In this document: positions 24,742-38,400 of the stretch, one piece after another
Numbering within the stretch: position 1 is the first letter of the stretch
Layout of the letters: every line of letters begins with the position of its first letter
Assembly (NCBI RefSeq): GCF_003918875.1
Contig: NW_025765204.1
Coordinates: 124,001-188,000 of the forward strand
Source of the DNA: Haliotis rubra
Lineage: Eukaryota
Length of the DNA: 64,000 nucleotides
Direction of reading: 5' to 3'
The notes under the pieces: generated by a model
The model's input: only the letters and a program-made list of their open reading frames with translations
Databases searched by the model: none
Told to the model about the DNA's origin: nothing
Program-made: the position numbers and the translations under genes

Positions 24742-25011
24742 ATGTCTGAGAAGAAGGCTGTGATGAAGAACGCCGACATGGGCGAGGACCAACAGCAAGA
24801 TGCTGTTGACTGCGCCATGATTGCTCTTGAGAAATACAACATTGAAAAGGACATCGCCGCCCACATCAAGAAGGAGTTTGACAAGAGGTACAACCCAACC
24901 TGGCACTGCGTCGTCGGTCGCAACTTTGGCAGCTACGTCACCCACGAGACCAGGAACTTTGCCTACTTCTACATATCCCAGGTGGCTATTTTGCTCTGGA
25001 AATCTGGATAA
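24742..25011 (+). CDS. DYNLL: Dynein light chain LC8 family protein (89 aa)
   Basis: [13 protein letters not shown]...[41 protein letters not shown]...AILLWKSG is an unmistakable LC8. A polypyrimidine/CAG acceptor lies immediately before the ATG (5' UTR intron); AATAAA at 25304-25309. Confidence 0.97.
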   Translation: MSEKKAVMKNADMGEDQQQDAVDCAMIALEKYNIEKDIAAHIKKEFDKRYNPTWHCVVGRNFGSYVTHETRNFAYFYISQVAILLWKSG

Positions 25012-25396
25012 CGTTTGACCATGCAAGTGCTTATAACCATGGCGTCGCGGAGGACTGTGTAGTTCTTAGTGGAGACATGATTGTGTCTTAAAGGCGGTCT
25101 CGGACCTGCCGGTCAAGATGGGCTGCCCACAGAAACATACGTCGCTGTAGTTACGACGCTGTATAGGACTGCCCTTGGCTGACACCTCTTGTGTGAGAAT
25201 GTATCAACAGGTAGAGAAATCGTTAGGTCATTAACTGTGATCCTCCGACTGAACATGGACATGTTGACTATTTATCTATGACATTCGCTATACATTTGTC
25301 TCAAATAAAAAGAAAACATACCGTTTACCATGTTATATTTTGAATGATTCTGATCTATGTTTCCTGTTTTGGTGGTTGAAGTCTTTTTCCTCTTTT

Positions 25397-25742
25397 GTGA
25401 GGTGAGGTGAAATTGGGTTTTACGTCGTGCTTGAGAATATTTCGCTCATATGACGACGTGCATGCGTGTGTATGTGTATGTGCGGCTGCTTGTACTAGTC
25501 CAGACTTAAGCTGGTTTTATAGTGCTAGCCCACTGAGATACCATGCCACAGTGAAGCATGAATACCCCACTCAGACACATTTTTCTGACTCCGAGCCGAC
25601 CAGTCCTTGTTGTACCCATTAATGCCGAGCGCCAGGCAGGGACCAACAAGTACCATATTTTAACGTCTTTTGGTTTGACGCGGTCGGGGATCGAACCCGC
25701 GACCTTCCGCTCTCTGGGCGGACGCTCTAACCACTACACCAC
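25397..25742 (-). mobile_element. tRNA-headed V-domain SINE
   Basis: Minus strand: tggtgtagtggttagagcgtccgcc...ggttcgatccccgaccgcgtcaaaccaaaagacgttaaaatatggtacttgttgg (V-domain-like), with a (TCACC)n-type tail. Confidence 0.7.
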
Positions 25743-25907
25743 NNNNNNNNNNNNNNNNNNNNNNNNNNNNNNNNNNNNNNNNNNNNNNNNNNNNNNNNNN
25801 NNNNNNNNNNNNNNNNNNNNNNNNNNNNNNNNNNNNNNNNNNNNNNNNNNNNNNNNNNNNNNNNNNNNNNNNNNNNNNNNNNNNNNNNNNNNNNNNNNNN
25901 NNNNNNN

Positions 25908-26935
25908 TATGCGTGTAAGTGTGTATGTTGTGTATGTATATGCGTGTGAGTGTGTGTTTTGTGTATGTATATGCGTGTGAGTGTGTATGTTGTGTATGTA
26001 TATGCGTGTGTGTGTGTTGTGTATGTATATGCGTGTGAGTGTATGTTGTGCATTTATATGCGTGTGAGTGTGTATGTTGTGTATGTATATGCGTGTGAGT
26101 GNNNNNNNNNNNNNNNNNNNNNNNNNNNNNNNNNNNNNNNNNNNNNNNNNNNNNNNNNNNNNNNNNNNNNNNNNNNNNNNNNNNNNNNNNNNNNNNNNNN
26201 NNNNNNNNNNNNNNNNNNNNNNNNNNNNNNNNNNNNNNNNNNNNNNNNNNNNNNNNNNNNNNNNNNNNNNNNNNTGTGTATGTTGTATATGTATATGCGT
26301 GTGAGTGTGTATGTATATGCGTGTGAGTGTGTATGTTGTGTATGTATATGCGTGGGTATGTTGTGTATGCATATGCGAGTGAGTGTGTGTTTTGTGTATG
26401 TATTTGTGTGAGTGTATGTTGTGTATGTATATGCGTGTGTGTATGTTGTGTATGCGTGTGAGTGTGTATGTATATGCGTGTGAGTGTGTGTTGTGTATGT
26501 ATATGCGTGTGTATGTTGTGTATGTATATGCGTGTGAGTATATATGTATGTGCGTGTGAGTGTGTATGTTGTATATGTATATGCGTGTGAGTGTATGTAT
26601 ATGCGTGTGAGTGTGTATGTTGTGTATGTATGTATGTATATGTGTATGTATATGCGTGGGTATGTTGTGTATGTATATGCGTGTGAGTGTGTATGTTGTG
26701 TATGTATATGCGTGTGAGTGTGTATGTATATGCGTGTGAGTGTGTATGTTGTGTATGTATATGCGTGGGTATGTTGTGTATGTATATGCGTGTGAGTGTG
26801 TATGTTGTGTATGTATATGCGTGTGAGTATGTATGTATATGCGTGTGAGTGTGTATGTTGTGTATGTATATGCGTGTGAGTGTGTGTGTTGTGTATGTAT
26901 GTGCGTGTGTGTATGTGCGTGTCTGCCTGCCACTA
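25908..26935. repeat. Complex TG-rich micro/minisatellite (tatgcgtgtgagtgtgtatgttgtgtatgta)
   Basis: Direct inspection; flanked and interrupted by gaps. A pure (TG)n tract lies at 27403-27490. Confidence 0.95.
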
Positions 26936-27399
26936 TGCGTGCGTTCATTCGTCCGTCCGTACATGCGTGCGTATGTATGTGCTGTTTGAACTTCAGATTG
27001 CTTCGTACCTAGGTTTGTTAAACCTTTTCATTCGTTTCATAAGTCAACGTAGCACTACGTTTGTCTTCGTAAGGACGTAGTACTTACAATCTCCTTAAAG
27101 CTACTATAACATTGCGTGATCTCTGGTTCAAGTAAAGGGTGTGTGTCGAGGCAGAGACCATTTCTCTGGTTGAGGGTCCATCTAATATTCTGCTGACATC
27201 GGCCAGAGTGACAGGAACGAGGGGCAGTAAGCGTGTGGGGGAATGTTGTTTTATGCCTCTGATCAACAAAACCACTGGTTGACAGGCTGCAAGAGAAACG
27301 AATCATGTCGTAAAATATTATGACATGACGACAGCATCAGCCAACAAAATATAGTTACGATATTCAATTTACAGGGTGCAGTTTTGACGTAGAGGGGTG

Positions 27400-27474
<75 letters not shown>

Positions 27475-29423
27475 CGTGCGTGCGTGTGTGTGGAGGTGGT
27501 GGGGAGGGATATGGGTTTATGGTGTGGAGGGCTCAGTTAGGTTTCTGTTGTTGAGTGGTGACTTGGAATCGTGATGTGGAGCGGTGATATGGGTTCATGC
27601 TGTGGAAGGGTGATGTGGGTTTATTATATAGGGTGTGGATATGGGTTTATGATGTTATATGAGATTATGACGACATGACTGTGTAGGCATACTTAAGTTT
27701 TAAATATACCCTTTCTGCCTTCTAAATTCATCTATACACACAATTCCACTTTGTATATCCATTTACGCTGGATCCAAACTGCCGGTCAAAAGTACATGTA
27801 TTAGTTTTGGAACGCCTCAGAGGCTAGCCCATGTTTGGGGTGCTGCATAAAACAAACACCAAACATCTTTATCCGAATTCATTGTATATCGGACCCGTGA
27901 AGATCCGGGTTAGAACTGGCAATCCATTCTTGTTGTAAAAGGCGACTAACGGAATCGGGTGGTGAGGCTCGCTGACTTGGTTGACACGTGTCATTGTATC
28001 CCAGTTGCGTAGATAGATGCTCATGATGTTGATCACAGGATTGTGTGGTCCAGACTCGATTATTTACTGGCCGCCGCCATATTGTTGGAATATTGCTGAG
28101 TTCATGACAACCATATTCACGACGACACTGTCACAGTTTAGACAAGTCACCAATTATAAATTCTAGACCGCCGTGATATTGCTGGAATATTTCTAAAAGC
28201 GGCGTAAAACTAAACTCACTCACTCCAGTCCTGCAGGGTTAGGACATTGAACTGTTGTATTCATAATCAGGTACTCAAACCATTTGATTGTTCCTAGGGT
28301 CTCGCCAATTGCGCAGATCGATGCTCATGATGTTGATCACTGGATTGTCTGGTCCAGACTCGATTATTTACAGATCGCCGCCATATAGCTATAATATTGC
28401 TGAGTGCGGCGTAAAACTAAACTCACACACTCTCTCGGATATTTCACATGTAGAGTCCAGTGGATTTTCACCCGAAGAGTACATTGCACATCTGCCTCTT
28501 TTTTGTTTTGTTTGTATTTTTGCCGTTTGGTCATGATTAAAATGACATATCGTCAACGTGAACGTTTTATTGACATTTTTCAGGAACATATGCAGGTAAC
28601 ATATTCTTACATAATGTATTATGACCAGATAAGTTTATTTTAGAGACAGTTTTACATCAATTACGTAAGGCGTGTATGGTATCATCGGAAGAAATGTACC
28701 TAAGTATTTTAAAGTGAATTATAATATATTCCATCATTTTCGGCACAAATGCAATAATATGCCAATATTTACACTTTTCAAATTAAATCACTGCAATTAC
28801 TGTATACACAGGCAACACAGACAGGAACAATGATGTTTATGATGTTTATGCACACACGGCCTTAAAAAAGATTAGCTGACTATTAATGCTTGTACCGGAA
28901 CTAATTGCTTTATCTGGTACAGTACAGTTTGGGGTGTGTGAAATAAGTGCGTTCAATTGAAAGTGCGTTTGGTCTTAAAGCAGTGATTAATCGTGATCAA
29001 TTTGTCAGTGCAGGTTGCATAAAGAAGCTACGCTTTTAAATACTTATTTCTCAATACATATATTATTTTGTTTGTCTTTTCAAAGCATATACTGCACTAG
29101 AAACTGTCGGGCTGTCGAGATATACAGTGATTCATTCTCATGGCATTTGCGGTTGTCAATAAACACTTACGCAGAGTTACCTCCCCTAACTCTTTCATCG
29201 CGTGATGGACATGCCCGTGTGTGACTACCACCACCAGTATTCGATGATACATAATGGCAAAGAAGCCGTGTATTGAGGTCTGCGGAGTTTACTTACCTTC
29301 AGGGTGCTCGTAGATAGCTTTGAATAACATCTCTAAAGCAAGAATATTGTGTATGTGAGCTCGGAAGCTACACTGACACCAAGACATTGAAAGTTCCCTT
29401 CAGTACGCACTGCCTGTTTCAAT

Positions 29424-32400
29424 ATGGACGCATTTTTGAGGGCCGTTCGAAAGAGCCCGACAGTCTCAGGCAAATCAAGACATAAAAGTAAGTTAAGTTT
29501 GAATATGAATGACATATATCTCATCTTTAAACTTGACTTCGTATGTGGACTATTTGGATTGTTTTCAGAGAATCATCTCCAACCGGAATGCGGGTATAAT
29601 CTCATTGTTTATGTCGTGTGGAAATGTCACCTATTTGGTATTCCATCAGCATGATCGGTACATACACACAGCAGTGGCCTAGACTGTTAAGAGTGGAATA
29701 CTGACACGTAACATATTTTGTCCCATACATCACGACGATAATTATATTGTCTTAATCTCACTCGGGTTCAAAATTTACTTTCATGAATCCCTTTAAACCA
29801 GATGTAACCAATGTCATTTGAAGTCACACGATTTGACATGCTTACCCAGAGAGACCACTCCTCTAAAGTTTATCAGTGACGGCGGGATAAAAATAAAGAA
29901 GCATGTCACTCTCTAAATTCGGAAGGACTTCAACCCGAATCCCCCCTTAAATTTCATTCTGGTCAAATCATGTCACCTGAATATATATTACTCATCTGAT
30001 AACAATGCGTTTTAACATGTTTCTTTCTTTAATTGTATCTTAACTTACTGAAAGACATATCCAACTTCTAAAATGCCACTCAAAGACATTTTTCCTCATT
30101 GCTAAAATGTAGGGGGGGGGACAAAGTGACATGCGGTTATGGGAGGGTAAATGTTTTCAGTTTTCAGACACCATTTTTCATCATTTCATGTGTTACAGCA
30201 TTTTTTTATCTCTAAACATGCTAAAAGTTGCTCATTGAATTCAAATCATGCATAACATATTTATAGGGGATAGATCGTTGACCGTTCTAGAACATTGTTT
30301 GTAAACAATGTCCATAAGTACACGTTTCTGCTCCATTGACTACACTGCTGGTGTAGGCTTATCACATGGTGGACTTTTCCTGGTATGTAAACAATCTGCT
30401 CTTGTTCTGAAATAATAGCAAACAGGCCAAATTCTTTATGCTTTGTTTTTCCTCCCATGTTCTATGAGATAATAAATACTTCGACATAATACATTTATGC
30501 CGCTCTTAGCAATATTCCAGTAATATCATTGCGGATGTCACCAGAAATGGGGTTCACACATTTACCAACGTGGGGAATCAAATCTGGGTTTTTGGCATGA
30601 CATTGACAAGCGAATACTTTAACGAGTAGAATGCCCAATCACCTCGATGATGGGAAGAGATAATATGGTTCGGGAACTGTGAGACAGACTAACAAACAGA
30701 CGTCCTTAATCTTTAAGAGTGCCTGTGAGTCACTGAAGAGGAAGTAGAATTTGTTTTTTATAAGTTCAGTCAACAACCTAAGAATGCATTGTATGCTGAT
30801 TTTTAAATTGTTATTATGTGTTTTGTGTTTATGATTTGCTTTAACTAAAAAAATTAATTTTGAAATAATGTACTGGAAGAATGTGACTGAGAGAGGTTTT
30901 AAACCGCTTTTAGGCCCAATAGTGTGATGTGATGTGTTTCCCTGTTAACTGACTGAACATAACCATGGTAACACAAGATTTCAGTTGTGATTACTGTTGT
31001 TGACAATACAAGCTTTTTAGGACATAGCAATCCAGAAGTAGAAAGAGGCATTAACAAAAATCTTCATACACCATACCTGTGAATTTGATAATTAATCCCA
31101 TGTTTTAACTACAAGCCTAATCCATCTTCCAAAAGCAAGGGGTCAAGCCAAGGACATAAGACATCCTCCCTAGAAAAAGGGAGTTAACTCTCTACATAAG
31201 GCCTGTTTCCATCATTGGCAATATTACCAGTAGGCTGAAATTTTTCAGCATTATGTTTTGGCTGGATTAACAAGTCTAGTCACTCTGGGTAGCCTAATGG
31301 TTAAATCGTTGGCTCGTCACGCTGAAGACCCGGGTTCGAATCCCCACATGGGCACAATGTGTGAAGCCCATTTCTGGTGTCCCCCGCCGTGATGTTGCTG
31401 GAATATTGCTAAAAGCGGCGTAAAACCAAACTCAGTCAGTCAGTCTAGTCACTCTGTAGCATAACTCTGAAACTTCAAACTAGTTTCATGAGGGTGAAAA
31501 CTGGATTTTTATAGTATGTTTCCTCCCTTGCCAAGGGAAGATGTTTTTTCTCTTGACCCGTGAACTATGTTGTGGTGTGTAATGTTCTGGTTGTTTCTGC
31601 TGCAGAGCTTGGCGAAGGATGGGGAGAGTCGGAGAACAATGAGGTTGTGGATCAGGGTGTGACGTTCTACATGAAGTACCTGGGCTCTATACTAGTGGAG
31701 GAACTGCCTGATGATGAGAGCTACGGAGATGGCATCAGTTCACGGGCTGTCCAAACTATTGTTGCTATGGTCAGTAGACTCTGTCCAAATCCTTGTTCCC
31801 TGTGTAGGTCATTGTTAGAATAGGGCTTGTAAAGTCTTACTTCCTGTACCAGTTCCGGTGACAAGCGTATATCCAAGAACCAGTTCTGGTTCCAAATTGC
31901 GTGACCGCCAAGTATGAGTTTACTAGACCGGACCAAGTGTACAACCATGCTTGGCTGTCACAGCTGTTGACAGTTGTAATAGGTGGCTAATTTGGGGGTG
32001 GTTAGTTCAGAAATTTGTTATTCCTGCGAGGATTATAGGTTCCTTACTGTCAACTGACAACAAGTGACATTTGTGGGAGACTAGGGGTTAAATATCAGGT
32101 AGATAAAAACTTTTTCCTGGTTGACTTCCAATTGTATTATAACCTATCAGTTTAAGGCAACCTAGTAGCATGTTGTTATTGTTTACTAGTGATATGATAA
32201 TTAATTTCTAACCCTTATGGAGGTGACGATATCTTAGACAGTAGACATGATCTTTGATGATATCAATCATGTTGAGTGATCAGGGCTCCATATAGGGCCG
32301 TATCGGCGTATGTACGGATAAAAAATATGCACGATGCGGTAGGTAATAAATAAAAACGTAGCAGATACGCACCACAGCAATGGTCTACGGACTTAGAATC

Positions 32401-35400
32401 ATTTACAGATGTACTTATCTGAAAAGTATTGTTTTATTGCATATTGACCTGTTTACACAACAGGTGCACATATGAAACGAAACACAAGATCACATACTCC
32501 ATTTAAATTCCATTCAGTACTCTAAATGTACTTAAGTTTTTCCGGTACTCCTGATGTTGAAAAATTATCTGGAGCCCTGAGTGATGGTTAAAGATCATGA
32601 GCCATTGTTTGGTAGAGAATCCTGTTATCACGGTTATGTCAACAAGCCTATCAGGAAGATATGACTGTTACTGATATGGTATAAGGTGCGGACTTCCTTT
32701 AACTTGTTGATGGTTTTGTTGCATACAGTGTTTGTGTTGCATTGAAATTTGAAACAAAGGGCTTAGGCACTGGAGAAAGTTGGGGACATGTACAAAACGA
32801 TGTAGCAGGGTTTTACATAGACTTCGAAAAATGAGAATCATGATGACTCACAATGAATGTTTTGGGGAATCATTTCTAAATTTCTGAGTCTTGAAAATAT
32901 TTTGTCAATAAGATATTTCAATTATTATTTCTAAATGGAGCAAGGGCTGTGAAAGCACATTTTGTGAAATTGTCCTGCGTTGTAAGTAATCTGATGCAGT
33001 GCATCTGTACCTATATATATTTAACCCATGAAGATCCGGGTTAAAATTGATCTTCAGCAACCCATGCTTGTCGTAAGAAGCAAGTAACGGGATTGGGTGG
33101 TCAGGCTCGCTGACTTGGTTGACAGATGTCATCGTATCCCAATTGCATAGATCGATGCTCATGCTGTTGACCACTTTATTGTTTGGTCCAGACTCGATTA
33201 TTTACAGACCTCCGTCATATAGCTGGAATATTGCTGAGTGCTGCATTAAACAACAGTCAAGCAAACAAACTAATTTATATTTAGTAATTAATTCATTCAA
33301 GGTACCCTCATATTTTGTCAGATGTGACTTGTATCAAAATATTTTGGGAGTATTTTGAAAAATTGTTAAGTCAAATATGCATGAATTACATGGATACAAT
33401 GTAAGGTTGGACTGAGATGGTTTACAGTATTTGTTCTGCAGTTGAAACAAGTGTATTTCCATGTATATGTGGGGCGGTGGGGTAGCCTAGTGGTTAAAGC
33501 GTTGGCTCGTCATGCTGAAGACCCGGGTTCGAATCCCCACATGGGTACAATGTGTGAAGCCCATTTCTGGTGTCCCCGCCCGTGATATTGCTGGAATATT
33601 GCTAAAAGCAGCGTAAAACCAAACTCACTCAGTCAGTCCATGTTTATGCACCAGGCACCTGTTGTTGTCATTTTCTTGTCACAATTTGCCTGAAACACTG
33701 CTCAGCTGTAACTTGCTGTGCATGTACCCATACTTGCTTTCTCAAATATGCTTTGTATCCAATTAAAATATTACTGCACAAATTTGATTTAAATATATTC
33801 ATGATATACCAATATGATTTTAAATATTTGCAAAACCTACCCTTGCTATGTGGATAAGGATAGAAATATTTGTGATTATGTTAGTACGTAGACAGCAAGG
33901 AAGACCTGTGTTGGTCATAACAGGATCCAACTTCTTTTGCTTATCATACATATGGTAGGAAGCAACAGTGTATAAGTTCTCTGGTAATTGTTTTGTCGGG
34001 AATATGGTACAGAAAGGAAACATAACAATTCACATACAAAAATAAAAACACTTAACATGTTCAGTGTTTGTGTCCGTTGAAATCAATAAACTAGAACAAC
34101 GATGTTTACATGTAAACATGAAACATGTTTTTGCTTTAAATTTGCTGAATTTTAGTAATATTTAGTTGCTCTGATCCATCACCAAGTTTCAATTTTTTTA
34201 GCATTGAGTAAATACTTCAGGGTATCATGGGACCCTCTATTATCGCGGTAGTTAATGTTGTCTCCATCGGGATTAAGAACGGCTACTGACATTTAGCATG
34301 TTTTATATATTTTCAGTTGACTGATGTTTAATCTTCATTTCTGTCACAAATAATGTGACACATGGTCACAACTCGTTTAATACCATTGCGGCAATCCCGA
34401 TTGTCTCGTTTGACCCGGAAATTGAAGCAACTCTCTATTATCGAGGTATTGCTATTGTCTTACTATGGCACACAGTACAAGCCGATGACACTGTGAAATG
34501 TTTACTAAGACAAGTAACGAATCTAAATAGTTTGATCATTAAAAAATATTTAGGAATTTCATTCACATTAGTAATATCATCATGTTTTTAACCCAAACAT
34601 CAGAAACTTCTTTTCATCTGGATACACGGTAACAATAACGTTACAAAATATTGTTTTTCCGGCTTAAAACGTACCATACAAGTTGCTGCCGTGTGCAGAG
34701 TGAAGTTGCATAATACGTCACTTCCTGTTATATTTTTAGCACGGAAAATACGCAAATGACCTTATAGTTGTCGCAGGATTGCTCTTGATGAAGAAAGTTT
34801 TGATTCATGCTAGATGTAATGGCAGTAGGGGTCATACTAGTTTCAAAATGTTCTAGAACTTACTGAAAAGATGAATGCTTTAATATTTCTCCGATTACAC
34901 ATAACAATCAAATGAAATAGATGACTTTTTCAAGAGCGATGAATATATTTTACGTAATTTGCATATGTAAACAGCCGATGCAGGGCGTGGTGTTTCTGCT
35001 TTCCCGATGTTTTCGCGTGCCGCGATAATAGAGAATCCCAATATACATGATATTTACAAATTCGGTTTTACATAGTTTTCAATGAAATACCGTTACCAAG
35101 TAGTCTCCAAAAATATTGTGTCGTACAATTCTGTTTCTGCTTCTGACCTGGGTTAAAGCGTTTGCTCATCATGCCGAAGACCTGGGTTTGATTAACAACA
35201 CAGGGAAAGAAACCTTTTTAAACTGTCCCACTAGACCACAGGACCATTGAGTGGACAATAATTAGTGGCCCTGTCTGTACTTCACTGGTCCAAAATAACA
35301 TTCGTATACTTACTTAACTATTAATACAAAATTCACTGGCCACCAGGACCAGTGGAAACATTTAGTGGTCCTGGTGAATTTCTACTAGCCAGGGACCACA

Positions 35401-38400
35401 GGGCCAGCGTAAATTTCGAACTCTGCAACATGGGTACAATGTGTGACTGTGAAAACTGGTGGCGTAAAACCAAATTCACTCACTCACTCTGATCTATGGC
35501 CAACACAAGTATATTTAGTACAACTTATGTGCTTATCTAATGAAAATATTGTTATTTAGTACAACTGAACTTATCTGCATATCAGGTAAAAACATGGTTA
35601 TCATTACTACTTCTTATTTAATACAGTTTATCAGGTAGGAACATAATTACCACTTATAGTTAAACGGTGAGATTGACTCACCAAGAACAAACACAGCAAA
35701 AATTGCAGTAAAATCAAAATCAATTATCTTACTTTACTCTCATGCCTCGACCTTCATCAAAACTCATACAAGATAGCATCACATTAATATCAGTGATTAT
35801 CTTTCAGGCTAAGAGTGCTGGCAAGAAGCTGAAGAAAGTGTCTCTAACTGTCTCCCCTACAGGGATCCGAATGACCGACCTACTGACCAAAGAGGTCTCC
35901 ATTGACATGTCTATATACAGGTCAGTTGGTCATGTTGGTTGACCGATGATGCCACATGGCTGTCACAGCTTGAACATTTCTAGTTCTTGAATGTAGTTGA
36001 AAGGGATTTAGAAATTGGACGAACATGAATACATGACAAGTTTTTATGGGCAACAACTTCTTTTTATTCTTTATACAGCTAATTCTTGCTCCTTCATCAA
36101 GATGAATACAAGATGAATTAGCAAGAATTAGCTCTGAAATGTTGTATAAAGAATAAAAAGAAGTTGTTAAAAACATGTCATGTATTAATGAATATTTCTA
36201 GTCTAGATTCACTACATAGTTGTGTTGACATTCATTGAAACTCAACAAGTGGGACAATTGTTGTCAAAAAATAGGTCAATGTGTGTTAAAAGCTAGGTCA
36301 GTGGGCGTGGCACTTCCTGGAACTGGCAGTAGCAGAATGAAGCCACATGGTGAAAGGGTTCCCAACATTGGCAAGGAATGGTAAAAAAACAATGCGAGGC
36401 TTTTGTTATGGAGTGCGTAATTCCATGAATGTGGCTGTTTACAAATCGGCATTGTAGAAATCTATACAGGGGCATGCAGCAGCATGTGGGTTGGGTTTCA
36501 TGTGGAACATATTTGTCAGAATCTGGAATAACATTTGAAGATAGATCTGTTTATTCTTAGGTCATTGTGACATGCAACTGGGATAACGTGTGAGTGAGTG
36601 AGTTTAGCTTCGCAGTAAGACCTGGGCAGGATGGAAAATAATGCAGAGATGCAAACCCTTACGCTTTAGGGGTAATTATTATGATTTTGACCATTAAATT
36701 ACGCCATTACACTGAATCTGCGAAAATTACGCTTTTCTGCTCGTTTTACGAAAATCAATAAAGTGGATAGATTTTCACAGGGAAGTGTTTCGAAACGCAC
36801 AGGTGCAGGGATGCAGAAATGGCCTTGCACCGATAGGAATCGCTTACTCTTAGCATCGCACTCATTTCTATTAACTTGCAAGGAAAAGTATTTTGAGTCA
36901 CATGACCAACAATTTTCGATGTATGGAGCTTCATTGTGATTGGTCACATGTGTTTCTGCCCAGAATCTTCCTTTCGTGAAACCGTGTACCATGTTGAAGC
37001 GATCGGCAGACACGTATTACACTTTTTAGGTCCAAATTACACTTTCTGACCTCTAGTATTACACTTGGGCCAAAAATAGGGTTGGCATCTCTGAATAATG
37101 TGGTTCAGGAACTGTGGGACAGACTACTTGTCTGACTAACTTCCTTGTTGAACAGTCACCATAAAAACAATGATATATGTCCTGTGACAATCACGGGTTA
37201 GAACTGGACCCTGGTAGCCTATACTGGTCAAAGTACAGGTTGGGTAGCCTTGTGGTTAAAGGGCCAAATACCCAGGTTCGATTCCCCACTTGGGTGCTCT
37301 GTGTGAAGCCCATTTCTGGTATCCCCTGCTGTGATATTGCTGGAACATTGCTAAAGACGGTGTAAAACCCAATTCACTAGCTCACGATACTGATCAAGTA
37401 AGTGATGAAATGATCACAGGGAATGTCGCTGAGTGAGGCTTAAACACATGGATTTGATTAACATTTGTTCTGCCTCAATGTCGCAAATATATTTCAAAAG
37501 TAAAGTGTGTATGTTTTTGTTTTTATCATCATGATCAATATTGGTATTTGCCCAGCATTTGAGAGAAGTGTTGTTGCTACTGCACTTGTTTGATCATGTC
37601 AACAGCTGTGGTTTGTTGATGGTGAGTGTATCTCACCTGCTTCGGTTTGTTGTAGAATCTCCTTCTGCACAGCTGACAAAAACCATGAGAAGGTGTTTGC
37701 TTTCATCGCCAGGAACTCCATCAATGAGACAATGGAATGCCATGCTTATTTCTGCGCCAAAAGGAAATTGGTAAGGAGAGTGCAAATGTGCCTAATATAA
37801 CAGTGTGGTCCTGTGGTCCCTGGCATGTAAAAATTCATCAGGACCACTAAATGATAAGTTTGCAGGGGTCCTAGTGGCCAGTGAATTTTGTATTGATAGT
37901 TAAATAAACCTTATTTTGGACCAGTGAAGTACAGACAGGACCACTAATTATTGTCCAATCACTGGTCCTGTGGTCTAGTGGGAAATTTTGAAAGGTTTCT
38001 TTCCCTGAATATATGTTGTATCCAAGTTGCATCTGATTGTTATTCTCACGTGCAACCATGATGTTTTATCAGGTTGGTCCATTTGTTCTTTCTGGATCGG
38101 GGCGGTGGGGTAGCCTAGTGGTTAAAGCGTTGGCTCGTCACGCCGAAGACCCGGGTTCGAATCCCCACCTGGGTACAATGTGTGAAGCCCATTTCTGGTG
38201 TCCCCCGCCGCGATGTTGCTGGAATATTGCTGAAAGCGGCGTAAAACCAAACTCAGTCAGTCAGTCAGTCTTTCTGGATCGTTCCAGGAAATGTATACCC
38301 CAACGTGGGATGTGTAGTTTTATTGATTATACACAAGAAAATATCATTGTAATAGGTGTTTGATTCATATATGTCAATCATTTTTAAAGTTATGTTCGCC

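Noticed and set aside
24637-25026. 129-aa antisense ORF over LC8
   Set aside because: Shadow ORF of a GC-rich, codon-biased coding strand.
25660-26964. Long His/Thr/Tyr-rich ORFs (434 and 404 aa)
   Set aside because: Translations of a TG-rich microsatellite that span N gaps; no coding evidence.
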